Source: Octopus vulgaris (Eukaryota). Taken from it: 64,000 bases of DNA. The notes under the pieces are model-generated. The model was not told the origin of the DNA. It saw only the letters and a program-made list of their open reading frames with translations, and made no database searches. Shown here in pieces: positions 51,640 through 64,000 of the stretch. The DNA lies in the NCBI GenBank assembly GCA_951406725.2, contig OX597814.1, forward strand, positions 51,770,001-51,834,000, read 5' to 3'. The stretch's first letter is position 1; each line of letters begins with the position of its first letter. The position numbers and the translations under genes are program-made.

Positions 51640-54600
51640 ACCTAGGTGGCTTCTATGGTGTGCATGGAGGCTATGGAGTTGGTTCCTGCAATGAGGAAGA
51701 AACTAGACCTCTGGAGTTCTGTGATGCAAATGACCTAATGATCTGCAACACTAACTTCCAGAAACCAGCCTAGAATCTAGACACCTATCAATTTGGTGGG
51801 AGTACAAGCTACATTCTCACTACAAAATGGGAAAGTTGGTTACTTATAAATGCAAAGACCTTCCTTGGTGAAGAGTGCACTCCTCAGTATAAGTTAGTTG
51901 TTAGTGACTTAAGACTGCAGGCTAGAAGGATTCCAAGAAGCAAATTGGTCTTGAAAAGTATTGTTAGGAAGCTTAAGGACCCTCTGAATAGTCAGAGATT
52001 TAGAAATGTTCTAATTGAAGCATTTGACGAGAAGGAGGAGGAAAGAGTGATATATAGCATAGGGTACAATTGAAGTTCCTACAAGAAAACTTAATGAGGG
52101 CCACTGACCAAATTTGTAGATGGTGCAAAGTTACAACCGGACCTAGGGTGACATAGTAGTGGAGGTAGTAGACATGGCTATTAGAGTGAAGAAACAGGCC
52201 TGGAAGGACTGAAAGAGTGGTAGCAGCAGAAAACTATATCAGATAGCTAGAAGGAAAAAGAGAAGAAGGTTTATTGAGCTAAGGAAGAAATTTGTCAATA
52301 TTCTGCAGCATGAGGACCAGAGGCTTGTGGTGTTTTGGATTGCAAGACAGTGTGTCAGAGAAAATCATGATATTGTAGGAGTGAAGTGTGTTCGCATAGA
52401 TGAGTGTACACGTGCAGTTTGTGATTCTGCAAAGAGATTTTGAAGTGCTGCTATGGAAGGTTGCTAAATATGGAGAATGTGGACCCAACAGAGGGACCAG
52501 CTATCCAAATTGACAGTAGCTTGGTAGATAACGTAACTAAAGGCATGAAGACAGGGAAAGACCCCAGCCCACCAGGAATTGCCTCTGAAATGCTTAAAAT
52601 ATCTGGCAGAGTGGGATATAATCTAGTCATCCATATAGTGAATCAGGTCAATGAGGGAGTCATACCCAATGATTGGTGTAGCGGTATTATTGTCAACAAT
52701 AAGGCGGTGAGCTGGCAGAAACGTTAGCACGCCGGGCGAAATGCTTCGCGGTATTTTGTCTGCCGTTACATTGTGAGTTCAAATTCCGCCGAGGTCAACT
52801 TTGCCTTTCATCCTTTCGGGGTCGATAAATTAAGTACCAGTTACACACTGGGGTCGATGTAATCGACTTAATACCTATGTCTGTCCTTGTTTGTCCCCTC
52901 TATGTTTAGCCCCTTGTGGGTAATAAAGAAATAGGTATTATTGTCAACAGCTACAAAGGTAAAGGTGATGCCTTAGACAGAAATGATTACATAGGCATCA
53001 AATTGTTGGAGTAGGTGATGAAAGTTACACGGGCTCATAACTCAACTAATTTGGAAGAGAGTTAACCTAGATGAGATGTAGTTTGGTTTTGTGCCAGGAG
53101 AAGCACTACTGATGCTATTTTAGTAAGGCATTTAGCAAAAAGGTAAATCTCTGTACTTGGATTTTGTAGACATGGAGAAAGCCATTGATGATCCCCTGCT
53201 TCCTAATGTGGTGATCAATGCAGAAGCTAGAGATAGATGAGTGGTTGGTGAAAGCCATCCAAACCATGTGCAAGGATGCTGTCAGTAAGGTGAATGTCAG
53301 CAATGAGTATAACAGCGAATTTAATGCACAGGTAGGAGTTTATCAAGGAACAGTTCTCAGCCCCCTCTTGTTTATCATAGTCCATAACTGGAATCTAAGA
53401 CTGGTTGCTCTTGGGAGCTCCTTGTTCTTGTAGCTGAATCCCTACAAAAATTAGAAAAGAAACTTCATGTGTGGAAGCAACATTTGGAATCAAAGGGTCT
53501 TAGAGTAAATTTAAAGTTCCAGTATGTGGGAAAGTAGACCAAAGTCCCAGTATGTAGGAATGTAATCAATTACTAATCCCTTCACTGAAATGGCTCAGCT
53601 CAGTATGTAGAAAAGGTGTAGGTAGAAATTCCATATGGTGTACCCAGGACAAGCTATGGACACATAAGAGGTGCAGGAAAGTTAACAGAGAAAGTAGTCT
53701 TTGTGTGTGGCAGGAATGTAAATGCAATAAACACTAAAAATGTGCAGGACAAAGACTTTGTCAAATGTGTGTGTAGATACTTAGAAGTAGTATGTAGCTT
53801 CTGTTACCTAAACAACAATGTTAGCAGTGGATGAGGATGCTCTGAACACATAATTGCTAGAATAAGAATAGGATGAGCGAAATTCAGAGATCTACTACCT
53901 TCATTAGTAACAAAGGGCCTCTCCCTCAGTGAAAGGAAGATTGTATGATACCTGTGTCTGGACAGCTATGCTACATGGCATTGAAACATGGGCTGTGACT
54001 GCAGAGGACATGCAAAAACTTGAAAGAAATGAAGCCAGCATGCTCTGCTGGATGTGCAATGTATGAGAGAGTGTTAGTGTTCTAAGAGGAAAATTGAGTG
54101 TATGAGGCATCAGATGTAGTATGCAAGAGAGAAGACTGTGCTGGTATAGCCATGTGATGCATATGGACATGGACAGTTGCATAAGGAAGTGCTGATCTCT
54201 AATTGTAGTGGGAACCTGTGGGTAAGGTAGCCCTAAGAAGATGTGGGGCAAAGTGGTGAGAAACAGTCTTTGGATGTTGAACTTTACAGAGGAGATGACA
54301 AGGGGCTGAAACTTCTGGCAATTCGCTGTGCTTTAGAAGATAAGGTCTTATGAAACATCCTCTCTGTGCCATATATACTCCCAACCATTGCTACCCAAGG
54401 GTAGCAATACCTCTCCAATACCATTTATTTCTCTCTTTCTCTCTCACCCTGACTGTCTAGCTTTCTCTCTAACTCTGTCTCTTCTGCCTCCTCTCTTTTC
54501 CTACTGGGGTAGCTAAGAATTTCCTCTACAGTAAGGAGCTCATCTCTATCTCTCTGTTGTAATCTAACCTGCCACTTAGCAGAAAGCTACTTTCTGCAGT

Positions 54601-54865
54601 TCCACTCCCTCTCCCAGTTGAGAGATCTTCTTGCAGGTCACTTGGCAACCCTAGTGGTGTCAGTGTTATGTAAAAAGCATCTGTGCTGGTCTCGTATAAA
54701 AAACATCCAGTACACTCTGTAAAGTGGTTAGCATTAGAGAGGGCATCAAGCTGTAGAAACCATGCCAAAGCAGAGAATAGAACCTGGTGCAGCTCTCTGG
54801 CTGACCAGCTCCTGTCAAACCATCCAAACCATGCCAGCACATAGAAGACCAACATTAAATGATGA
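51640..54865 (+). mobile_element. Old degenerate RTE LINE (APE C-terminus, RT, PHD, 3' UTR pieces)
   Basis: Motifs VHGGYGVG..NEE, IPNDW, GVYQGTVLSPLLF and MLHGIETWAVT. Many stops. Confidence 0.85.
52699..52933 (+). mobile_element. tRNA SINE with an alternative 3' tail, nested in the RTE
   Basis: 16-bp TSD ggtattattgtcaaca. Same head as 29132 but a different tail. Confidence 0.9.
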
Positions 54866-55182
54866 CAAGTTCAATGCTGACATCTTTCTGAATTGTAATT
54901 CAGAAAGATGTCACAGCAGACTGTGACAACTGAGGTTCTTTTGTGTAATTTGCTTCAAATATTAGACTGTTATACTGATCACTACACAGTGAGATAGCAC
55001 GTAATAACACATATAACTTGTCCCCTGATGACACTGAATAGCATTATCTGGTTTTGTAGAATTCTGGGTTATTCAGTTGACTGTAGGTTTACTCAAGTAG
55101 AATTGACGGAAGCTATTCAACAACGCTACAAAGAATAAGTTAACCACCACCAACAAAAGTAAAACTATGTTGGTGTTTGTAT

Positions 55183-55745
55183 TATCATTATTATTATTAT
55201 TGAGTGAGAGAGCAGTTCATGCCATCAAAGTGACACTGGGGTAAAATATACGAAGCCCAATATACCCATCATGACTACCCGTCTGATAAGGGTACACCAG
55301 GCACATGCATCACAACCATATGTGCGCGACATGGTGATCTCATATCAAGATAAACAGCACATGACCTTGCAGGTGGGGCCCAGTTAGAATTTTCTTCAGA
55401 TTGAGTAGCCCATCCCGCTCAAAAAGGTCCCTGAATAAGGGTTGTTTAAGGATGTTGAAAGAACCACCCATGTTTCCAGAGGTGAATTATTCAAACCCCA
55501 AAGAATCCCTCTCAACACATGGCTATGATGCTCCCCCACTACTTCTGCTCGTGATCAGAGATGCACATATCGTCAGCCACTAAGGGACATGCTCAAATGG
55601 TTAAGGTCAAACAACTGACAAGCAAATCTGTCGTATTGAGCAGAATATTTGCTGTAGCCCATCTTTTATACCAAGACAAAACAATGTACATGATAACACT
55701 TCCAATCAGTTAAGATCAGAAGCCATGAGTGCCACTGCCTGGTAC
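55183..55745. mobile_element. Unclassified interspersed repeat bounded by (TAT)n tracts
   Basis: A compositionally distinct block between microsatellite tracts, resembling a retroposon 3' end; family not determined. Confidence 0.4.
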
Positions 55746-55821
55746 TTATTATTATTATTATTATTATTCATCATTATTATTATTATTATTATTATCATTA
55801 TTATTATTATCGTTATTATTA

Positions 55822-55853
<32 letters not shown>

Positions 55854-55917
55854 CATTATTATTATTATCGTTATTATTATTATTATTATTATCATTATTA
55901 TTATTATCGTTATTATC

Positions 55918-56006
<89 letters not shown>

Positions 56007-56022
56007 CAGCAGCAGCAGCAGC
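55746..56022. repeat. Compound trinucleotide microsatellite (ATT)n(AGT)n(AGC)n
   Basis: Directly visible. Confidence 0.97.
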
Positions 56023-56487
56023 TGTGCAGTAATATTTTCCTATTGAGTAGATTTAGATTTTTAAATCTTTTTATGGTACATTTCTTTTTCATTTACTTAA
56101 GGTAATCTCATGCTTTTCTAATGTTGTTGTATCATAATAGTATTGACTGGCACTTACATCTATAATCCAACCCACCATCTGTTTACATGCTATAAAATAA
56201 ATCACTGACAGGATCTGTTCGATGTTACCATCTGTGCGTTCATGTATTTGCTCACCAATGCACCATCACTCACCTTTCTTTAGAGATGGCTTTATGCATG
56301 GTTGAAAGTTCAGTCAACCTTTTTCTCTTTGGTATTGAAAATGTATTGCAAATTCTTTTTATGCTAACCAAACTTGCTGCAAGAGAATATGAATGTCTCA
56401 ATATTAAATTGGTTGATGAGAAATTAATGTACATTAAGATGACTCTAATTTCACATCCTCTTGATATATAAAAAAGAAAAAATTTTA

Positions 56488-57563
56488 TATGCTCCGCTGG
56501 ATGTGTAATGTCAGTGTGCATACACGACAGAGTGTAAGTGCCCTGAGAGAAAAGTTGGATTTAAGGAGCATCAGATGTGGTGTGCAAGAGAGACGATTGC
56601 GCTGGTATGGTCATGTGTTGCGAATAAATGAGGACAGCTGTGTGGAAAAGTGTCACACCCTGGCAGTTGAAGGAACCTGTGGAGGAGGTAGATCCAGGAA
56701 AACCTGGGATGAGGTGGTGAAGCACGACCTTCAAACATTGGGCCTTACCTAGGCAATGACTAGTGACTGGGACCTTTGGAGATATGCTGTGCTTGAGAAG
56801 ACCGACAAGCCAAGTGAGACCATAGCCCGTGGCCTATGCTAGTGGATGTAACCTGCCCATTTATGAATACCCCTCATTCATTGGACAATAAACCTTGCTT
56901 GTGAAGACCTATTGAGGCAAGTGAAATCAAAATTGCTAATGTGGCCGACGACAGTACTGCCTGATTGGCACTCATGTCAGTTGAATGTTAAAAGCACATC
57001 TGAACATGGGGTGTAACTGGCCCTCTTATGAGTACTCCTCATTCACTGGACAATGAACTTTGCTTGCAAAGACCTATTGAGGCAAGTGTAAACAAACCAA
57101 AATCACTGATGTGGCCAATGACAGTTCCGCCTGATTGGTGCTTGTGCCAGTAGAACGTTAAAAGCACATCCGAGTGTGATCATTGGCAGGGCCATGGATT
57201 GGCTCCTGTGCCGGTGACATATGAAAAGCACCATTCGAGCATGATCATTGCCAATGGCACGTGAAAAACAACATTCGATCATGGTGGTTGCCAGTGCCGC
57301 CAGACTGGCTCCTGTGCAGGTAGCACATAAAAACAGCTTTAGAGTGTGGTCATTGCCAGAACCGCTTGACTGACCCTTGTGCCAGTGGAACATAAAAGCA
57401 CCCACTACACTCTCGGAGTGGTTGGCGTTAGGAAGGGCATCCAGCTGTAGAAACTTTGCCAGACCAGATTGTTTCTGGTGTAGCCTCTGGCTCACCAGTC
57501 CTCAGTCAAATCGTCTAACCCATGCCAGCATGGAAAGCGGACGTTAAACGATGATGATGATGA
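56488..57563 (+). mobile_element. 5'-truncated RTE LINE (~1.07 kb)
   Basis: MLRWMCNV...QERRLRWYGHV...RKTWDEVVKHDL, followed by 3' UTR and (GAT)n tail. Confidence 0.9.
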
Positions 57564-58938
57564 TATCAACAAGTATATTTCACAATTTCAACAGATAGAA
57601 CCTCCTAGAGCTGATAATTATATTACAATAGACAGTGTATAAGTTTGACTCTAGAAAGTAGCAAATCTAGAAAAAGTATAATCTTTTTCCCTCTGCATGT
57701 GGCAGTAGAAGAAAAAATCCTTTGCTTTTTTCTCTTAGCCACATTCTGTAGTTCTTCATTTAAAAATATTAGGATATAAGTCTTGTTTTATTGGTCAACT
57801 TGCTATTTTGTTTACTAAAAGTGTTCAACTCTATGGGAGCTTGTGTTATATTGTATTTGTAAGTTTGTACAGTGAATATATTTAGGAATACTTAATAAAC
57901 ACTTTTTAAGAGTTTAACCTAAAACTTACAGTATACCACCACCTATTTTAGAGTTAATTTTCTATACTTTCTCATAGAAAGCCATCAAGAATCTGATTGG
58001 TATTAACAAAAACTTTACCACTCTCCCGCATGCAAATATAATAAAAAACATGTTATCAATATAATTGGGTGACTATCTAGCATATTCACAACTGGGCTCA
58101 CTTTCAACAAAGCTGCCCACTATTACAATAATGAACCAGAAAAAAGTGGATTTAAAGAAAGATTTAATTGCATATTGAGGCAAAAGAAACAGTACAAAAA
58201 CTGTAGGAGTAGTATCATCTGGTTTAACCCATCTTTTTGCATGAATGTAGTAATTAATGTAGATAGAAACTTACTAGTGTTAATCAGAGAGCACTTCCCA
58301 GCTAACCACAAGTACCACATGCTGTTTAACAAGAACAATATCAAAGTTAGTTAAAGCTGTTCAAGGAACTCCATTAGTATTATAATGAACAATCTCTAAA
58401 AGACTAACTAAAATGGAACATCAGAAACTGGATCTCAGAGTTTCAGAGTTAGGCCATATTGCTCACTAAACAGCAACTGCTTAAACAAAACTTGTACATA
58501 AAGTGATGGTAATATCTTATAGATGGCATAAAACTGGAGAAATGTTATATTATGTGCAAAGGTAGCTTCAAGAGCTATTTCCTCAACCACATGTCTAGTG
58601 CACTACAGGGAACAGAGAAAAGGCATATCAAAGCTTTCTTAGAGCATGTTTGAAAACCGGTGGACTTGTGTGTGGAGCACTTTTGTATAAAATAGTCAAC
58701 ACATCATACCATACATAAACAGAGCAAAGAAATGTCAACTAACTTAGAAGCATTGAGAAATACTATATCTTAATTCAGCAATCTGCTTTAGTAAAGGAAT
58801 TAATTACTGAGTGCTTTGTGGGTATCATTCAAGATGTTTGATACCTCTCACTGAAAAGGTCTTCATTTTCTAATATGATGAAAATCGACCTGTTGGTTAT
58901 ATTACAATTTATAGCTTGCATTGTATTGTCTATTCAAG

Positions 58939-59018
58939 ATAGTCAGAAATGCTGGCAACCATCAGAATTTCTTCGATCATGTGATGGCCAAAAGTTTTCA
59001 ATAAAATCTGATATACAG
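58939..59018 (+). CDS. Exon: kinase subdomains VIII-IX (DSQKCWQPSEFL...KSDIQ)
   Basis: ctattcaag| ... CAG|gtgagt; 80 nt, phase 1-0. Confidence 0.9.
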
Positions 59019-60459
59019 GTGAGTAACAACCCAATATAATGGCTTTCATAGTAATTCTCTTTCCTTAGTAAACCATATTGCTTATGAAAATATATCACAA
59101 AGTTTTAATTAGATAAGGAAAATAAGTCTTTGGGAGTTATATTAATGATCATTGATTTTGATTAGGTATTAGAAATTTGACGAAGGGAAATAGGATATCC
59201 TGATGTTTATGGCTTTTACAGATTTCAATTATTATAAGATTTCATATTTTTCCTTGCTTAACATGAGTTATCAGCTAATTATCAATCAGGCAGAAATAAT
59301 TGGTGAATTTATGTTTCCATATTGATTTATTAACAAAGCATATGACATAATACTTTTCATATATCCTTTCATTGAACTCAGTAGATAACTGGTGATCCTC
59401 TACACAGTCACTTTATCTGTTAGAAACAGCAGATAAATTTCCTTCAAACCACACCTTACTGTCTTAGAAACAGGAGAAATTAGACAATGATACTTATACT
59501 GATACTTATAAAAAAAAGAGATCAGCTGGTCACAACTGGAATGCATTTGATTGTAGATTTGCTTAACCAAATCTAACTTGGAAATGAACAATAACAGCTA
59601 GACTTCTGTTTATCTTTGGTTTCTGTTGCTCACATTAAGTAGATGAGATAAATCTTCCAGTGTATAGATGTCAGCCTATTGCAAGCAACTTTTTCTTGAA
59701 CAATGCACTGGAATGACCAGCTCAAAAATGTTCCTGCTGTGACCATGACCATCTTACTTTTTTTTTTTTTTTTTTTTGCATATCTAGGACAACATTATTC
59801 CCTGTGTCTTTATCTTTTTGAGTGGAGTTAATCTATTATCTGGTTTAATGCCACTCCTTGGTGCCTTTAAAAGAGTTTAATCTGTTGCAATAATTTAAAC
59901 CAGATCTCTAGTTGGAGGCTAACTTCTTTCCTTCTTCTTATCAGTTTTAGAAGACCTGAAAACAAAAATGATCATGGCTGCTGCTTTTCCCTAAGTGGTA
60001 AAAAATAGTGAAGATTTGGCTTAAACTATTTATCCGTTCCTTTGTTGTCTTAAATTTTGTGTAAATCCCCTTGTTTGCTCAGATTGCATAGAGCCCTATC
60101 ATGTTTGAATATGCTTAATCCAATGAGTGTGTGTTTTAATCTTTTAAAAATGTGTACATCTTTAGAAACTCTGAGATAGTTTAGTGCAAAAATTCTGCAT
60201 AACTCCTTCAGAAAGAGCCAAGTATCCAGCTTCTGAAGCTATATCAATTATTTGTGAACTTACTAAATTAAAATGTTGACTTCCATCTTGTCTATTAGAC
60301 ATTAATATTACACTAAATAATTGATTAATGTATCTCAGACATGTACACAAGCATCCAATATATACACACAGATGCACTTATACAAAATCACACAGAAACA
60401 CAAACATGCACAAACAATAAAATTTATCCAAGAATTACAACTGTTATTTTGTTCTGTAG

Positions 60460-60653
60460 GTTGCTGGTATGGTTGCTTATTTCATACTGAGTGGAGGCCA
60501 TCACCCATTTGGTAAATCTTCTTCAGAAATACCACTCAATATCATTTTGCATGAAAAGCAGTTATGCAACCTAAGTTTGGAAGCAAGTGACATTATAACA
60601 ATGATGTTATCAGCAATTCCTGATGAAAGGCCAACTGCAAGTGAAGTATTAAA
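60460..60653 (+). CDS. Exon: kinase subdomains IX-XI (VAGMVAYFILSGGHHPFG...PDERPTASEVL); gene continues beyond
   Basis: ttctgtag| ... AA|gtgcgt; 194 nt, phase 0-2. Carries the IRE1/RNase L family GxHPFG signature. Confidence 0.93.
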
Positions 60654-60944
60654 GTGCGTCATGTTCATTTACACAGTTTATCATTGTTTTTACAGTTTTA
60701 CATTCATTTTCTTATGTTAGCAAAGATGTTTTTTTCTCGCTGCTAACCACTCTGTACTAAAATTGAAAGAAAACTTACTAATACTGATATGACATATTTG
60801 ACATATGTGTGTGTTATTGAAGGCAGTAGCAATAAAAATAGAATGGTAAAGATAAAAATTGACAAAGATATTAAAATGTTACCTTCAAAATATTTAATTA
60901 ACCTTGATATTTTAAGTTAAAAACTTCTTTTCAAAGCTTTATCT

Positions 60945-61315
60945 TTTATCCTTTACTTGATTCAGTCAATAGACTGCAACTATGCTGGGGCACTGCCTTG
61001 AAGAATTCTCAGTCAAATGAATTGACCCCAGTACTTTTTTGAAGCCTGGTACTTATTCTATCGATCTCTCTTGCGAAACTGCTAAGTTACAGGGAGATAA
61101 ACACCAACACCGGTTGTCAAGCAGTGGTGAGGGACAAACACAGACACACATATATATGTATATACGAGGGGCTTCTTTCAGTTTCAGTCTAGCAAATCCA
61201 CTCATAAGACTTTGGTCAGCCCAAGGCACTTGCCCAAGGTGCCATGCAGTAAGACTGAACCTGGAACCATGTGGTTGGGATGTAAGCTTCTTACCACACA
61301 ACCACACCTGCACCT
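60945..61315 (-). mobile_element. CORE-type SINE
   Basis: Reverse complement of the 61405-61806 family. Confidence 0.85.
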
Positions 61316-61404
61316 TCAAAGTACAAGCATGAAATAAAGTATATGAGTTTGGAAATAATAAAAAGTGATGCTTATAATTATTTAACCAAAGCTTCATGAT
61401 TTAT

Positions 61405-61806
61405 AGGCACAGGCACAGCTGTGTGGTAAGAAGCTTGTTTCCCAAGCACATAGTTCTGGTATCAATCTAACTATGTGGCACCTTGGGCAAGTGCCTACTA
61501 CTATAGCCTTGAGCCAACCAAAGCCTTTTGATTGGATTTGGTAGTCGGAAACTGAAAGAAGCCTGTCGTATATATATATACACACACATATACTTGTGTG
61601 TGTGTCTGTGTTTGTCCCCACCACCCATCGCTTGAAACCGATGTTGGGGTGTTTACATCCCCATAACTTAGTGGTTCGTCAAAAGAGACTGATAGAATAA
61701 GTACTGGGCTTACAAAGAATAAGTCCTGGGGTCAATTTGTTCAACTAAAGGTGGTGCTCTAGCATGGCTGCAGTCAAATGACTGAAACCAGTAAAAGAAT
61801 AAAAGA
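61405..61806 (+). mobile_element. CORE-type SINE
   Basis: gctgtgtggtaagaagc head, ggcaccttgggcaagtg core and (AAAAGAAT)n tail. Confidence 0.85.
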
Positions 61807-62008
61807 ATGTGCAATATATAGAGAATAGTACCACTAGGCATTGCATATATTATAATTAAAATACAAATTAATTTGATAAAAGCACTGCACATCCAAGGCA
61901 CATAGAGCTGTGCCTAGTTATGCGATGGAAACCTGCAATTACAATAAGAGTAAAAAAAATATAGCTTATCCATCTGAGGCGTGTGAGTATGATCTGATAT
62001 CTTATGGC

Positions 62009-63971
62009 ATCATCATCATCATCATCATCGTTTAACGTCCGCTTTCCATGCTAGCATGGGTTGGACGGTTCAACTGGGGTCTGGCAAGCCCGAAGGCTGC
62101 ACCAGGCCAGTCAGATCTGGCAGTGTTTCTACAGCTGGATGCCCTTCCTAACGCCAACCACTCCGAGAGTGTAGTGGGTGATTTTATGTGCCACCGACAC
62201 AGGTGCCAGACGAGGCTGGCTGACGGCCACGCTCGGATGGTGTTTTCTTATGTGTCACCGACACAGGTGCCAGACGAGGCTGGCGGACGGCCAAGCTCGG
62301 ATGGTGTTTGTTACGTGCCCTCAGCATGGAGGCCAGTCGTTGCGGTACTGGCTACGGTCACGTTCGGATGGTTTTCTTATGTGCCACTGGCACTGGTACC
62401 ACAAGGATACAAATTCCATTGATGTTCATCTATTTTGATTTGGTTCGATTTGATTTGATTCGATTCGATTCTCACTTGCCTCAACAGGTCTTCACAAGTG
62501 TCACAAGAAGGAAGGTATGCACAGGTGGACTGACTACGTCCCAGGTAGGGGCCACGGATTATGGCTTCACTAGTCTTGCCGGGTCTTCTCACGCACAGCA
62601 TACTTCCATAGGTCTCGGTCTCTAGTCATTTCCATGGTGAGACCTAACATCCGAAGGTCGTGCTTCACCACCTCGTCCCAGGTTTTCCTGGGTCTACCTC
62701 TTCCACGGGTTCCCTCAACTGCTAGGGATTGGCACTTTCTCACACACCTATCTTCATCCATTCTCGCCACATGACCATACCAGCGCAATCGTCTCTCTTG
62801 CACACCACAACTGATGCTTCTTAGGTACAACATTTCTCTCAAGGAACTAACGCTCTGTCGAGTAAGTACACTGACATTACACATCCATCGGAGCATACTG
62901 GCTTCGTTCCTCACGAGCTTACGCATGTCCTCAGCAGTTACGGCCCATGTTTCACTGCCATGTAGCATAGCTGTTCGTACACATGCATCATACAGTCTGC
63001 CTTTTACTCTGAGCGAGAGGCCTTTAGTCACCAGCAGAGGTAAGAGCTCCCTAAACTTTGCCCTGGCTATTCTTATTCTAGCAGTTACACTTTCAGCGCA
63101 CCCACCCCCACTACTGACTTGGTCACCTAGATAGCGGAAGCTATCAACTACTTCTAGTTTTTCCCCCGGAAAGTGACAGAAGTTGTTTTCTGCAGATTTT
63201 CGGAGGTCAATGCTCCAGAGCATCTGCCACATACAAAAACTATCTTCCCAGTTAGCCTACCTTTGACATTGCTGCACCTCTTATGTGTCCATAGCTTACA
63301 CTGGGTACATCTTATAGAGTTTCTACCTACACCTTTTCTACAGATCGAGCAGGGCCATCTTCCTGAGGATATTTGTGGATTGTCTACCTTTCTACTTATT
63401 AGTACTTTGGTTTTAGCTAGGTTGACTCTAAGGTCCCTCGATTCTAAACCCTCCTTCCACACCTGGAACTTCTCCAGTTCTGATAGTGACTCAGCAATTA
63501 GAGCGAGGTCGTCAGCATAGAGGAGCTCCCAGGGGCAACCTGTCTTGAATTCCTCCACAATTGCCTGGAGGACTATGATAAATAGGAGGGGGCTGAGTAC
63601 TGAACCCTGGTGGACCCCAACCTCTACTTTGAATTCTTCTGTGTACATGTTGCCAACTCTAACCTTACTTACGGCATCTCTGTACATGGCTTGCACAGCC
63701 CTCACCAGCCATTCATCTATCCCTAGTTTCCTCATTGACCACCAGATGAGGGATCGGGGGACCCTATCAAAGGCTTTCTCCATGTCAACGAAAGCCAGGT
63801 ACAGTGTCTTATCTTTGGCTAGGTATTTCTCCTGCAGCTGCCTTACCAGGAATATAGCATCAGTGGTGCTTTTCCCTGGGACAAACCCAAACTGCATCTC
63901 ATCTAAACTAACTCTCTCTCTAATTAGTTGGGCTATGACCCTCTCCGTAACCTTCATTACCTGATCCAACA
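62009..63971 (-). mobile_element. Young 5'-truncated RTE LINE: RT domain, PHD-type finger and C-terminus, with one frameshift near 63170
   Basis: QFGFVPGKST, FVDMEKAFD, GVHQGSVLSPLLF, LYADD and YLG motifs, then 3' UTR and (GAT)n tail. Confidence 0.95.
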
Positions 63972-64000
63972 TACTTTTGTTAATTGTTTTAGGCACTATG

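Noticed and set aside
55020-55090. CTGATGA followed by a stem (actgaata/tattcagt), hammerhead-like
   Set aside because: The GAAA core is absent; too decayed to call.
55725-56046. Poly-Ile/Tyr/Ser ORFs
   Set aside because: Microsatellite translations.
46291-60653. Calling the gene IRE1/ERN1
   Set aside because: Catalytic residues are lost and the N-terminus is ankyrin repeats, not a luminal domain with a signal peptide.

Overview
AT-rich, repeat-dense animal genomic DNA. The SINE, RTE and microsatellite content suggests a cephalopod (Octopus-like); this is inferred, not verified. One large + strand multi-exon gene spans most of the window. I assembled 14 phase-consistent exons (24962-60653, about 1550 aa), plus a tentative first coding exon at 69-314. 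They encode 4 clear and 1 degenerate ankyrin repeats, a Cys-rich helical region, a low-complexity spacer of about 900 aa containing a coding minisatellite, and an IRE1/RNase L-type pseudokinase (GLLSDGTELAVK...HGRLEPKN...NYG...SDIQVAGMVAYFILSGGHHPFG). The gene runs off the right edge, where a KEN ribonuclease domain would be expected. Ankyrin repeats plus this pseudokinase is the RNase L architecture, apparently in an invertebrate. The introns hold many transposon fossils: GG-ended fold-back MITEs with 8-bp TSDs (Merlin-like), mariner, maT, Chapaev3-like, CRE, RTE with a PHD finger, tRNA SINEs, and a Penelope-like inverted repeat carrying hammerhead ribozyme motifs.
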